Assembly (NCBI GenBank): GCA_965218435.1
Contig: CBDCKW010000009.1
Span: forward strand, 3,200,001-3,264,000
Source of the DNA: Truepera sp.
Lineage (GTDB): Bacteria; Deinococcota; Deinococci; Deinococcales; Trueperaceae
Length of the DNA: 64,000 nt
Direction: 5' to 3'
Position numbers and translations under genes: made by a program. This document shows positions 1-9,373 of the stretch, piece after piece (positions within the stretch are counted from its first letter, which is position 1; each line of letters begins with the position of its first letter). Below the pieces are notes generated by a model. That model had not been told where the DNA came from, did not search any database, and saw only the letters and a list, made by a program, of their open reading frames with translations.

Positions 1-282
1 AGCTCGAGTCACCTCAGGAACGGACTTATTTAGCCTCAGTGGATTTTGTCCAGGTCTTGAAATTCAGCACCTGCAAAACCTATAAGAAACAAGGTGGCTA
101 CACGTAAAGAAACGCACCGGCAGCTAACCCGCCGTTACCCGAGCCCCTTGCAATTTTAGCTAGCCCCTGAAGCGAGTTTTAGCCTAAAACCCAAAGCGGC
201 GATTTTCCACAAAACATTTACTAAGCCGCTAGATGTAAGGTTTTGAATATCTAAAATGTTTATAAACGCAGACAATACGGCC

Positions 283-1107
283 ATGACCGAGCTTCCTATC
301 TCGCCGCTTGCACGGCGCATTGCTGAAGAGAACAACGTCAACTGGCGAGCTTTAGAAGGTAGTGACGCCGGGGGCGGCGTCAACGAACGCGACGTTCTCA
401 ACTATCTCGAGCAGGTGATGCTCGGTACTAAGCCGGTTGATCCGACCCCTGAGCCGCTTCCCGAGGGGATGACTGCCTGGGCCGACGAACCTATTCACGC
501 CGAGGGTCAAGCTTCCCGGTCCACTGACGCTACCGCCGCTGAACGTTCAGACGAAGATTTAGAAGCCGTCTATCAGAAGATGTTTGCCGAGTTAGCAGCG
601 TTAAAAACCGACGCTGCCGAGATGGGACGTGCGCGTGACGTCGCGGAAGAGGGGCGCACCGAAGCTCACGCCGAGCTGACTCAGCTCAGGGAGACGCTGA
701 CCGGCAGAGAAACCGAATTGGCCGACCGGAACGCCGAACTGAGCCGGGTACAGGCGCAGGTTGCGCAGCTCGAAACCGCCGCCGCCGCACACGAAGCGAA
801 AGCGCGTGAAGGGCAGCTCGAGCTCGCCCGTTTGCGTGAAACGCTCAACGCCCAAGACGAAGAACTCGTCGAGGTTCACACGCTTAAACGGCAGGCCGAA
901 GAGCTTAGGGCGAAGTTAGGAGACGCGCAGGCGCAGGCCAAAGCGTTGCAAGAGCACAGCTACGCGCTTTCTGAAAGCCTCAATCAGGCCAACGACGCGG
1001 CCCAAAAAGCCAAGGCTGAAACCGAGCGGCTGAGAACGGCGCACGCGGGTCTCGAGCGGACTATGACCAAACTTAAACAGCGCCCGTGGTGGAAGCTGTG
1101 GGGCTAG
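283..1107 (+). CDS. E3-binding (peripheral subunit-binding) domain protein with long coiled coil and C-terminal RPWWKLWG tail
   Basis: N-terminus ISPLARRIAEENNVNWRALEGSDAGGGVNERDV matches the PSBD pattern, followed by a heptad-rich E/A/L/Q region. The ORF track starts at 256; ATG at 283 is preferred. Confidence 0.75.
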   Translation: MTELPISPLARRIAEENNVNWRALEGSDAGGGVNERDVLNYLEQVMLGTKPVDPTPEPLPEGMTAWADEPIHAEGQASRSTDATAAERSDEDLEAVYQKMFAELAALKTDAAEMGRARDVAEEGRTEAHAELTQLRETLTGRETELADRNAELSRVQAQVAQLETAAAAHEAKAREGQLELARLRETLNAQDEELVEVHTLKRQAEELRAKLGDAQAQAKALQEHSYALSESLNQANDAAQKAKAETERLRTAHAGLERTMTKLKQRPWWKLWG

Positions 1108-1159
1108 ACGCGCCAGCCACGGCTGCAGCCCAGGTCCCGGCAAACGTAGGGGCGAATGT

Positions 1160-1687
1160 ATGGGCGGGCGTATGATGGACGCTGCTTCACGGCTTCACGG
1201 TCAGGCGCTCCGCACGGTCGAAGCGCAGCTCGGCGAACTGCTCGCCAAAGGTCGCGCCCGCCACGCACTTATTATCGATCTGCGCGGTTTTGTCCTGCTG
1301 CATATTTGTGCGCCGACGGCTTCCGAGCCGCCTCCCTTAGACTCCCTTGGTTCGCTGGTCGCCTCGAACTTTTTAGCGACTGCTGCGCTCGCCAAACTGT
1401 TCGGTGAACGAGGGTTTAGAGAGCTGACCCAGCAGGGTGAAGAGGTGGTGACCTACACCGAAGAACTCGGTGACGAGGCGCTACTCGTCACGGTATTTGC
1501 AACTTCTGAACCGCTCGGCCGGATTAAATATCTAAGCAAAAAAACCGCCGAGTCTCTTCTCAAAGTGCTTTCAGAAAGCACTGAAGCGAAACCGGACCTT
1601 TCTTTAGGTGACGACTGGGAACAAGATAATCAAGATTTGCTCGAGGTTCTTTTGCCCAGCGCACAGCCAAAACCCAAAAAAGCTTGA
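1160..1687 (+). CDS. mglB: Roadblock/LC7 domain protein, MglB-like
   Basis: ALIIDLRGFVL...LDSLGSLVASNFLATAALAKLFGERGFRELTQQGE...LLVTVF...LGRIK is typical of MglB. Confidence 0.75.
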   Translation: MGGRMMDAASRLHGQALRTVEAQLGELLAKGRARHALIIDLRGFVLLHICAPTASEPPPLDSLGSLVASNFLATAALAKLFGERGFRELTQQGEEVVTYTEELGDEALLVTVFATSEPLGRIKYLSKKTAESLLKVLSESTEAKPDLSLGDDWEQDNQDLLEVLLPSAQPKPKKA

Positions 1688-2183
1688 GTTTACTCCGTTG
1701 GTACTTCCAAGCAGTGCTTTCTTAACTGTTACGTTTAGGCGCTACTACTTTTCTTCTGCTGGCAGCAATTTGTAGAATGCTGGGCGTTGTTGCACAAATT
1801 AGAATCAGAAGGTCTCAGCATGCTTTTACTTATAAATCGTTTGCGAGTATTTTTCACCTCAACGATGGAAAGCTACTTTCTGACGATTTTCCGTCTTCGT
1901 TTCAGAGACTTACTTTTGATTCCGGAATTCATGCAACAAAGCCGAAACGCTGGCTAAAAACAAAAGTCAGGCTTGGCTCAAAGACAATACCGGACGCCGA
2001 AGCAAGCTTTTTCATTTTTGGTTTTGTACTGAGGTTGTACTAAGTAGTACGCTGAAACATCTCTGACGCCTTCTCGAGCTTGAGCCCGAGGTTGGAACCT
2101 TATGCTGCGGAGGCCGTTGCCCTCTACCGGTTACACAGCAGGCTTTGGCGGTAGCGGCCCTTAACCCCAACTCAACGTACCTA

Positions 2184-3257
2184 TCACGGCGTGACGAAAA
2201 AAAACGCCAGCCCCAGCACCGCGTACACTGCCACGAGCAGTAAGCCCTCAAACCAGGTGGTTTCGCCGTCGGCAGCGATCGCGTTGACGCTAAACGCAAC
2301 CCCGGCCACGGCGATCAGCTCGAGCGGGGTAAAAACCAAATTGAGCGGCTTACCCATAAAGTAAGAGACGATGACCAGAATCGGCGCGACCAAGAGCGCG
2401 ACCTGAATGCTCGAGCCCACCGTAATACTCAGCACCAAACCCATGCGGTCTTGCCGCGCGAAGTACATGGCTGAAACGTATTCGGCAGCGTTGCCGATAA
2501 TCGCCAGCACGGTAATCCCTAAAAAGAAGGGGCTTAACCCGAGACTGCCGGCGGTGGCTTCTAACGCACCTGAAACGAGTTCGGCCTCGAGCGCCGTTAC
2601 AGCGGTTGCCCCCAGCAGTACACCGAGCGCCAGCCACACCGACCACCGTGCGCCCTCTTCCCCTTCTCCACCTTCCGGTTGCCGTGAAAACACGTCCCGG
2701 TGCGTGACCAAGGTGTAAACGAGGTTAGCGATATAGACAAGCATCAGCACCACGGCGACGCTGAGGCTTAGCTGTTCGTCTAACGACCCGGCGTTCGGCA
2801 CGCCCAGCACGGTACGTTCGGTGTAGTTAAATAGAGCAGGGACCAAGAGCCCGATCAGCGCCAAGAGGAGGAGGCTCGAGAGCAGCCCTGAGCGTTCGCG
2901 CTTAAACGTCTGCGCTTCACGCCCCCAACTGCCGATCAAAATCGCAAGCCCCAGCCCCAACAAGCTGTTACCGATGATCGAACCGGTAATTTGCGCTTTG
3001 ACGACCGCTTGTTGCCCCGCTGACAGCACAAACAGCGCCAATACGAGTTCGGCAGTGTTGCCGAACGTGACGTTTAAGAGGCCACCGATAGCCGGGCCGG
3101 AGAGCTTGGCGAGTTGCTCGGTCGCCCGCCGAATCCATTCGGCCAGCGGGATAATGGCGATCACCGCGCTGACAAAAACCCACACGGGCGCAGCGTGAAC
3201 CACGTAGGTTAAGACTAAGGAAACCGGAACGAGAAGGAGCAGCCAGGTAAAGATCAT
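2184..3257 (-). CDS. cax: Calcium/proton exchanger (CaCA family)
   Basis: Alpha-repeat motifs [14 protein letters not shown] and [15 protein letters not shown]; about 11 hydrophobic segments. Confidence 0.92.
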   Translation of the reverse strand: MIFTWLLLLVPVSLVLTYVVHAAPVWVFVSAVIAIIPLAEWIRRATEQLAKLSGPAIGGLLNVTFGNTAELVLALFVLSAGQQAVVKAQITGSIIGNSLLGLGLAILIGSWGREAQTFKRERSGLLSSLLLLALIGLLVPALFNYTERTVLGVPNAGSLDEQLSLSVAVVLMLVYIANLVYTLVTHRDVFSRQPEGGEGEEGARWSVWLALGVLLGATAVTALEAELVSGALEATAGSLGLSPFFLGITVLAIIGNAAEYVSAMYFARQDRMGLVLSITVGSSIQVALLVAPILVIVSYFMGKPLNLVFTPLELIAVAGVAFSVNAIAADGETTWFEGLLLVAVYAVLGLAFFFVTP

Positions 3258-3297
3258 CTAGTGAACCTTCTCGGTCGTTAGGCTAAGGCAATCCTGC

Positions 3298-3903
3298 TTA
3301 AGAAGCATTTTTCCCGTTCTTTCGCCCCCGCAGCAACTCGAGGCCCACCGGAATCAGCGACACCACGATGACGACGCCGATGACGAGAAGCAAGTAGCGG
3401 TCTAAGTTGGGGATGAGCTGACCCAAAAAGTAGGCCGCCGTCGGGACGCCCGCCCCCCAGAGCAGACCACCGATTGCGTTAAAGCTCAAAAAGCGGCGGT
3501 AGGGCATCTTGGCGACGCCCGCGACCGGCGGCGCGAAGGTCCGTACGACCGGAATAAAGCGCGCCAGCACGAGCGTCTTCGCACCGTAGCGGTCAAAATA
3601 AGCTCGAGCCCGCTCGACATTTTTCGGGTTAAAAAACCGCGACTTGGGACGGCGAAACAGGCGTGGCCCGACACGCTTACCGATTTCGTAGCCTACCGAG
3701 TCCCCGATAATGGCGGCGGCGACGCTTACCAAGGCGACGAGCGGGAGCGACAGCGTACCCGCCGCCGCTAAAATACCGGCGGTCACCAGTAGGCTGTCAC
3801 CGGGCAAAATAAACCCGACCAAGAGCCCCGTTTCGCCAAAGAGCATCCCGAAGACACCCAGATAAGACGCCGTAACTAAAAAATGTTGCAGGTTAAAAAG
3901 CAT
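3298..3903 (-). CDS. DedA/VTT family membrane protein
   Basis: ETGLLVGFILPGDSLL, GDSVGYEIG and ARFIPVVRTFAP motifs. Confidence 0.92.
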   Translation of the reverse strand: MLFNLQHFLVTASYLGVFGMLFGETGLLVGFILPGDSLLVTAGILAAAGTLSLPLVALVSVAAAIIGDSVGYEIGKRVGPRLFRRPKSRFFNPKNVERARAYFDRYGAKTLVLARFIPVVRTFAPPVAGVAKMPYRRFLSFNAIGGLLWGAGVPTAAYFLGQLIPNLDRYLLLVIGVVIVVSLIPVGLELLRGRKNGKNAS

Positions 3904-4209
3904 CAGGACACGCTCCTTCTAGCTAAGCGGTGCCGACCGCTGCGTTTGTTCGGCTTTTACCCAGCCGGACTGAAGGTTGTGACTCGAGACTGATTCAGCC
4001 TCGCCCAGAACAGACCGAGCAGCACAGCTGAGCATAAGGTTCAAGTTTGCCGGAATAGCGTACCCGAGGTTGCAAAGACGAAGCCACGATTCGTCGCCAC
4101 GCCGCTTGACGTCGCCACGCCTAAGGAAAGCTGAGCAAGGATAATAACGATTACGAAAGAAACTCTCGAGTACACTGATAAAACACACGTTCATTTTTAG
4201 GAGGCCGTA

Positions 4210-4920
4210 ATGAAACAGCTGTTGATCGTTACCGCAATGTTGATAAGTGTCGCTTTCGCCCAAAACTCCCAAGGCGAGGTTGAGGTAATGAGCGGGGGTC
4301 AGGCTTACGCCTCGTACCTCGCCGCGCCGAAAGGTGATGGGCCGTATCCGGGGATCGTCCTGATTCACTCGTTTAATGGGCTCGAGGAAGGCTACCGCAC
4401 CATGACCGACCAGGTTGCCGCCGAGGGCTTCGTCGTCCTCGCGGTGGGTTGGCAGACCTTTGAACGGCAACCTACCGACGCCACCGTCGAGCAGCTCATC
4501 CGCGACAGCTACGCTTTTTTAGGTGAACGGGATGATGTGGATATAGGGCGTTTGGGGCTGACCGGCTTTTGTGCCGGGGGCCGCTACACCATGCTGCTTT
4601 TGCCGCAACTCGGAGATGTCAAAGCAGGCGTCGCCTGGTACGGTTTCCCGACCTCCGGCGACCCGTCTCCCACCGATTTGATCGGTGACTTAGACGCGCC
4701 GATGCTGATTTTGCACGGCACTGCCGACGAGTCCAGCTCGGTCGCCGACATCTACGCCTACGCCACCAAACTAGACAGCGCAGGTAAATCCTTTGAACTG
4801 AAGGTCTACCAAGGCGAGCCGCACGGGTTTATGTTGCAAGACGGCCAACTCCGCACCGACGCGACCGCGCAAGACGCGTTTGACGAGATGGTCGGGTTTT
4901 TTAGGCGCAAGCTCGAGTAA
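4210..4920 (+). CDS. Dienelactone hydrolase family protein, secreted
   Basis: Signal peptide, GFCAGG nucleophile motif, HGTAD and EPHGF catalytic motifs; SD AGGAGG upstream. Confidence 0.88.
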   Translation: MKQLLIVTAMLISVAFAQNSQGEVEVMSGGQAYASYLAAPKGDGPYPGIVLIHSFNGLEEGYRTMTDQVAAEGFVVLAVGWQTFERQPTDATVEQLIRDSYAFLGERDDVDIGRLGLTGFCAGGRYTMLLLPQLGDVKAGVAWYGFPTSGDPSPTDLIGDLDAPMLILHGTADESSSVADIYAYATKLDSAGKSFELKVYQGEPHGFMLQDGQLRTDATAQDAFDEMVGFFRRKLE

Positions 4921-5050
4921 TCAGTCCTCAGCATTTAGAAAACTGCGCTTAAGCCGGTAACAGCCTCCACACCGACTTAAGCGCAATTCTCGAGCACTCA
5001 AGCAGCCAAAGTCAACAGTCAGCTCGTCGTACCCGATTAAAAACACTCTG

Positions 5051-6214
5051 TCAAAAGCGGTAGACCGCCGCCAGGTCGCCGCCCCCCGGAATCTCTTCCG
5101 GGTCAACGACGTAGACCGTTCCGCCGTTAAGCAGGGTGTGAATAGCGGCGAGGTCATAGAGGTCGTAGCTGCCGGTGCGCTCCTCGTCGTACAGTTCGGG
5201 GATACGCGCGTCGGCGTCGTAACGCCCCCACTGCTGCTGACCGAGCGGGACAAAGAGCGTCTCGATACGGTGGTCATACGAGGCGGGCAATACATCTTTG
5301 AGATCGGCTGAGGCTCTGGCCGGGTCTTCACCGCGAACGATCATAAAACTCTCAGCGTCCCGCTCGCGCCGTTCGCTGAAGTGCGGCGCGACGAGTTCCC
5401 ACGCGCGTTCGTGCAGCGCCTCGTTACTTTGCACTTCAGGATTTGCGTCCACGTAAGTATCTAAGAGTCCCTGATAGTGGTTGGCTTTTTGGTAGATCGG
5501 GAAATCCGTGACGTTACCCACAAACACGAGCGGAATCTGTGCCCCTTGCGGGTCTAAAAACTTTCTGACGCTGGTGTCAAGTGCCGTAAAAAAGCGCAAG
5601 ATACGGGTGTTACGGTCGTCTTCCTCGGCACCTTGAAACTGTAACGAGGTGCCGTCGCCACCCCCGCCGCCGGTCCCAAACGCCCTCGAGGTCGGTTCAG
5701 CGTCGTCATCAAAGCGTAGGGCGTCCTCCATACTGGTCGGCGCGTCTTCTAAAGCCACTTCAGAGACGTTGTAACGGGTGGCCTCGAGCAGCCGCACACT
5801 GTTGAGCGTGACTGCCAAGATGTAAAAGCGGCCGTCACCGGTCAGGAGCGGCAACAGCGGTTTGAAATGAAACCGGTCGGAGACGACTGTCAGCTCTTCA
5901 GGCACAATCGGCAGTCGGTACTGAAAGTTTTCGCCCTCGCTGACAAACACCGCGAGCCCTTTACGCTGATGCTGCCAAAAATTGTTGTCGTCAATCAGCG
6001 CCTGCGCCGGACCCAACAACGCGTCTACTGCGCGGTCATCGTAACCACGTTCATTAAGGCGGTTTTCGGCGTCTTGCACACGGTTTTTGAAACGGATGGC
6101 GTTTTCACGGGTATCGGGTCCCGCTTCGTGTGTCGGCAGGTAGATAGACACCGCGTCGCCATGTTCGGCTTGGGTTAGCTTTTTAAGTTCGTCTTTCGTC
6201 GGTATGTTTGTCAT
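5051..6214 (-). CDS. Bacterial archaeo-eukaryotic release factor (baeRF3/7-like) domain protein
   Basis: VSIYLPTH...IRFKN, FW...GLAVF, RFHFKPLLP, FYILAV and TLLNGGTVY...AAVYRF patterns. Confidence 0.8.
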   Translation of the reverse strand: MTNIPTKDELKKLTQAEHGDAVSIYLPTHEAGPDTRENAIRFKNRVQDAENRLNERGYDDRAVDALLGPAQALIDDNNFWQHQRKGLAVFVSEGENFQYRLPIVPEELTVVSDRFHFKPLLPLLTGDGRFYILAVTLNSVRLLEATRYNVSEVALEDAPTSMEDALRFDDDAEPTSRAFGTGGGGGDGTSLQFQGAEEDDRNTRILRFFTALDTSVRKFLDPQGAQIPLVFVGNVTDFPIYQKANHYQGLLDTYVDANPEVQSNEALHERAWELVAPHFSERRERDAESFMIVRGEDPARASADLKDVLPASYDHRIETLFVPLGQQQWGRYDADARIPELYDEERTGSYDLYDLAAIHTLLNGGTVYVVDPEEIPGGGDLAAVYRF

Positions 6215-6498
6215 GGTTATTTCTACCCCTCATCATGCGCGGGTGCTGTAGTGACGCATAAGGTCTCGTACGAGTGACTTACCGGTTTGAGCGGCGTTGG
6301 CAGCGTGGTAGAGAGAAGAAGTCAGGAGTTGGAACACAGAATCTAGAAGCTGACGGGCTGGGACTAGCTGGCAAAAGTAGATAAGGCACAACCTGAGCAG
6401 CCTCGTTTTAGCCCTTAGCTTGGGTTTATCACCGCCAGACGTTACGGTCTGCGATTCGGCTAAAAGGTAGATTGAAATTAGCTATCGTGGAGGCAAAG

Positions 6499-7530
6499 AT
6501 GAAGTTACTCGTTTTAGGCGGTACCGGTTTTTTGGGTTATCACGTCGTAGCTGAGGCTGTGGCACTCGGCCACACGGTCACGACTTTTAACCGTCAGGGT
6601 AAAAGTGAGATTGAAGGCGTCGAGGCCCTTAAAGGGGACCGTAAGGATGACCTCTCAGCCCTCGAGGGGCGCACTTGGGACGCCGTGATTGACACCTTTA
6701 GCGACCCGGACGCGATTACGGAGACCGCGAAGCTGCTTTCGGGTTCGGTACACGCTTACGGGTTTGTTTCGGGGATCAGCATCTATCACCCGGACGGCCC
6801 CGACGTGGTAGCCGAAGATGCGCCCCTCAGAGATGAAGACGAGGCGCTCGAGGACGACCCCTTGCAAGCACGGAGCTTACTCAAGCTGGCGTGTGAGCGG
6901 GCACTTCACGAGCATTTTACGGGTGACCTGCTGATTGTCCGCCCCGGCATCATGGTTGGGCCACGCGACCCGACCGACCGCTTGACCTGGTGGCCGGTCA
7001 GATTTGCTAAGGCCCTCGCCGGTCAAGTACCTGTTCTGACCCCCGGTGACCCCGAACGGCCCGTACAGTTTACCGACGCTCGAGACTTAGCCGCGTGGAT
7101 GGTGAGGTCGCTGGGACCTAATCCCAGTGGACCTCTGACCGGAACTTATAACGCGGTGGGGCCGGGGCGTAAAGAGAGTTTGCAGAATGTTTTGGCCGCT
7201 TGCTTACAGGCCGCTCGTGACTCAGCGGCGACAGAACTCGAGCCGAACACAGACGTGCAACTCATTTGGGCCGGTGAGGAGTTTTTACGGCAACAGCTCG
7301 CCGACGTAGAAGACGAGGCGCGGCCGCTCTGGTTTCCCGAAGATCAGATTCCTTTTGCGGTGGTAGACAGCTCTAAAGCAGAGGCGGCGGGACTGACGTT
7401 TCGCTCCAGCTATGAGACTGCTAGGGACACGCTACGGTGGCGCAACGAGCAAGACGAGGCGCTTAAAGCGGGCTTTAGTTCAGAAGATGAACAAGCTTTG
7501 ATCAGAGCTTGGAAAGATGACGAGGGTTAG
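6499..7530 (+). CDS. NAD-dependent epimerase/dehydratase (atypical SDR)
   Basis: MKLLVLGGTGFLG Rossmann motif, RPGIMVGPRD; SD GGAGG before ATG 6499. Confidence 0.88.
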   Translation: MKLLVLGGTGFLGYHVVAEAVALGHTVTTFNRQGKSEIEGVEALKGDRKDDLSALEGRTWDAVIDTFSDPDAITETAKLLSGSVHAYGFVSGISIYHPDGPDVVAEDAPLRDEDEALEDDPLQARSLLKLACERALHEHFTGDLLIVRPGIMVGPRDPTDRLTWWPVRFAKALAGQVPVLTPGDPERPVQFTDARDLAAWMVRSLGPNPSGPLTGTYNAVGPGRKESLQNVLAACLQAARDSAATELEPNTDVQLIWAGEEFLRQQLADVEDEARPLWFPEDQIPFAVVDSSKAEAAGLTFRSSYETARDTLRWRNEQDEALKAGFSSEDEQALIRAWKDDEG

Positions 7531-7640
7531 CGGCTGACTGAAAGTGTGAAGGTCTGGGCTCGAGTCAGAAATTACGTTCGCGGCTCCAAAGCAAAAGAGA
7601 CCCAACCTGTGTGGTGAAGTCTCCCAAAACTCATAGCTGC

Positions 7641-7679
7641 TTACTGCTTACTTTCTACTTCTTAATCCTTACTTCTTAC
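7641..7679. repeat. Degenerate heptamer tandem repeat
   Basis: TTACTGC TTACTTT CTACTTC TTAATCC TTACTTC TTAC. Confidence 0.55.
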
Positions 7680-7691
7680 ACCAAACTCCAG

Positions 7692-8516
7692 CTAAGAACT
7701 CAGCACGGGCGACCCGGAGAGTTGGGCTTCTTCTTCGACAAATTTGCGGACGAGGTAACGAACGACGCCGATGGAGCTGGCATCTTTGAGCCGCAGGAGC
7801 AGCGTGCCGCGTTCAGCTATTTTGGTAATTAAGAGGCTCTGCCCCTGAAAATCGAGGTGCAGACTGCCCAGCTCGCCGCCACTTTCTCCAGCTAGACCCA
7901 GATGCTCACCGAGCGCCCCGGCAACCGAGGCGAGCGTGCGGCTGTAGACCGCTAAGGTCGCGCCGTCGTCCAACCCGCGCCCGACCTGCGCCAAGCACGC
8001 GCCCTGAGCGTCGGCAAAAAGCGCGGCGTGAACCGCCGAGTTCTCGAGCAGCGCCGCCAAGAGGGTCTCGAGGCTTTCCGGCTGCCGCGGAGACGACGCG
8101 GGCACTTGCTCGGGCACATCACTGAGTTCGGTGTCAGCTTCGGGGGCGGGCGCAGCTGACGCGAGCGCCGCTTCGATCTTGGGAAACAGTTCCACCGGGG
8201 TAAAGGGTTTTTTGGCGATTCCAGCTGCGCCGACCTCTTCGGCCTGCCGCTCCACGTCGGCGTTGACGATCCCTGAAATGAGGAGCACCGGCAGCTGGCT
8301 GTAACGCGCGTCGGCTTTAAGCTCCCGGCAGAGCGCGAACCCGTCCATCCCGGGCATCACCACATCGGCAATCACGAGCGAGGGCTTGCTGTGAGCGAGT
8401 TTTTTCAGTGCCTCTTCCGCGCTGCCGGTGGCGATCACCTCGAGCTTACGCATGGACAAGATACGCTCTAAAGCTTTACGAACACTGACACTGTCGTCAA
8501 CTACAAGAATCTTCAT
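7692..8516 (-). CDS. Response regulator: receiver domain fused to Roadblock/LC7-like domain
   Basis: VVDD...DVVMP...KPF receiver, then a Pro/Ala linker, then LAALLENSAVHAALFADAQG Roadblock-like C-terminus. Confidence 0.8.
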   Translation of the reverse strand: MKILVVDDSVSVRKALERILSMRKLEVIATGSAEEALKKLAHSKPSLVIADVVMPGMDGFALCRELKADARYSQLPVLLISGIVNADVERQAEEVGAAGIAKKPFTPVELFPKIEAALASAAPAPEADTELSDVPEQVPASSPRQPESLETLLAALLENSAVHAALFADAQGACLAQVGRGLDDGATLAVYSRTLASVAGALGEHLGLAGESGGELGSLHLDFQGQSLLITKIAERGTLLLRLKDASSIGVVRYLVRKFVEEEAQLSGSPVLSS

Positions 8517-8566
8517 CGGTCTCTCCTTTTGGCTGGTAACGGGCTGCTACACGGGTTAGGGGTAGC

Positions 8567-9343
8567 TCAGGCGGGAACCTGCTCGGTCTGTTCGGGGGTT
8601 TCGTCTAGGTTTACAGCGACCTGTAAGAGGAGCTTGTCTAAAGACGTGCGGATCGTTGTCGGTATTTTGGCCGGTAGCCCGTGGGCGAATAAAAACGGCG
8701 TCTGCGGCGCGTGGTGAACTCGCGCGAAGATGCGCTGGAGCGCGTCCTCACCGCTGCGCTCTAGTAGGGTCGCGTGACACAAGCGGCCCTCTTTGAAGTA
8801 GAGCGTGCCTTCTTGCTCACCGATCAAGACGACGAGTCTGCCCGTCCTTTTGCCTTGACCGAGCGAAACTACCAAGTCAAAAAGGGTGAGGGCCTCGAGC
8901 GTCCCGCTGACTTTGACCGCGCCGCTGCTATGGTCGCGCTCGTAGCTGCGCCGCAGGGGTTCAGGAGCAGTTTCAGCGAGTTTGCCCGAAACGAGCAGCA
9001 GCGACAGGGCTTCAGCAAGGATTTCGGTGGGCTCTGCGTGCGCCCCTAAGATAAGGTGATGGTCCGGGAGCACGAGGTCGCCGCCGGTATCGGCGAGCAG
9101 GATAAAGGGCACTTGGCGGAGCGTAGCGTCGTCACACACGAGGTCAAAAAGGTCATGGCCGCTCATATCCCCAAGCACCTCACTGCTCACAATCAGGTCG
9201 GCGCTCTGACGCTCGAGCCAGCTCAGCGCGTAGAGTGCGCCGCTCACGACTTCGAGCTCGAGCCGCTCAGCAAACACCATGCGGAAACGACCGAGCAGCG
9301 CGTCCAACGCGGCCGCGTCGGTCGTCGCCACGAGAATTTTCAC
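8567..9343 (-). CDS. Pseudo-receiver plus DUF4388 (PATAN-like) domain protein
   Basis: Receiver-like N-terminus lacking the acidic pocket and phospho-Asp (ATTD, LIVSSE). SGTLEALTLFDLVVSLGQGKRTGRL...GTLYFKEGRLCHA is a DUF4388 signature. GTG start with SD AAGGAG. Confidence 0.8.
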   Translation of the reverse strand: MKILVATTDAAALDALLGRFRMVFAERLELEVVSGALYALSWLERQSADLIVSSEVLGDMSGHDLFDLVCDDATLRQVPFILLADTGGDLVLPDHHLILGAHAEPTEILAEALSLLLVSGKLAETAPEPLRRSYERDHSSGAVKVSGTLEALTLFDLVVSLGQGKRTGRLVVLIGEQEGTLYFKEGRLCHATLLERSGEDALQRIFARVHHAPQTPFLFAHGLPAKIPTTIRTSLDKLLLQVAVNLDETPEQTEQVPA

Positions 9344-9373
9344 CTAACTCCTTGCGGGCGGCGGACGCGCATC

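Noticed and set aside
1777..2299. Short ORFs between mglB and cax as a missing mglA
   Set aside because: No P-loop or GTPase motifs in these ORFs.
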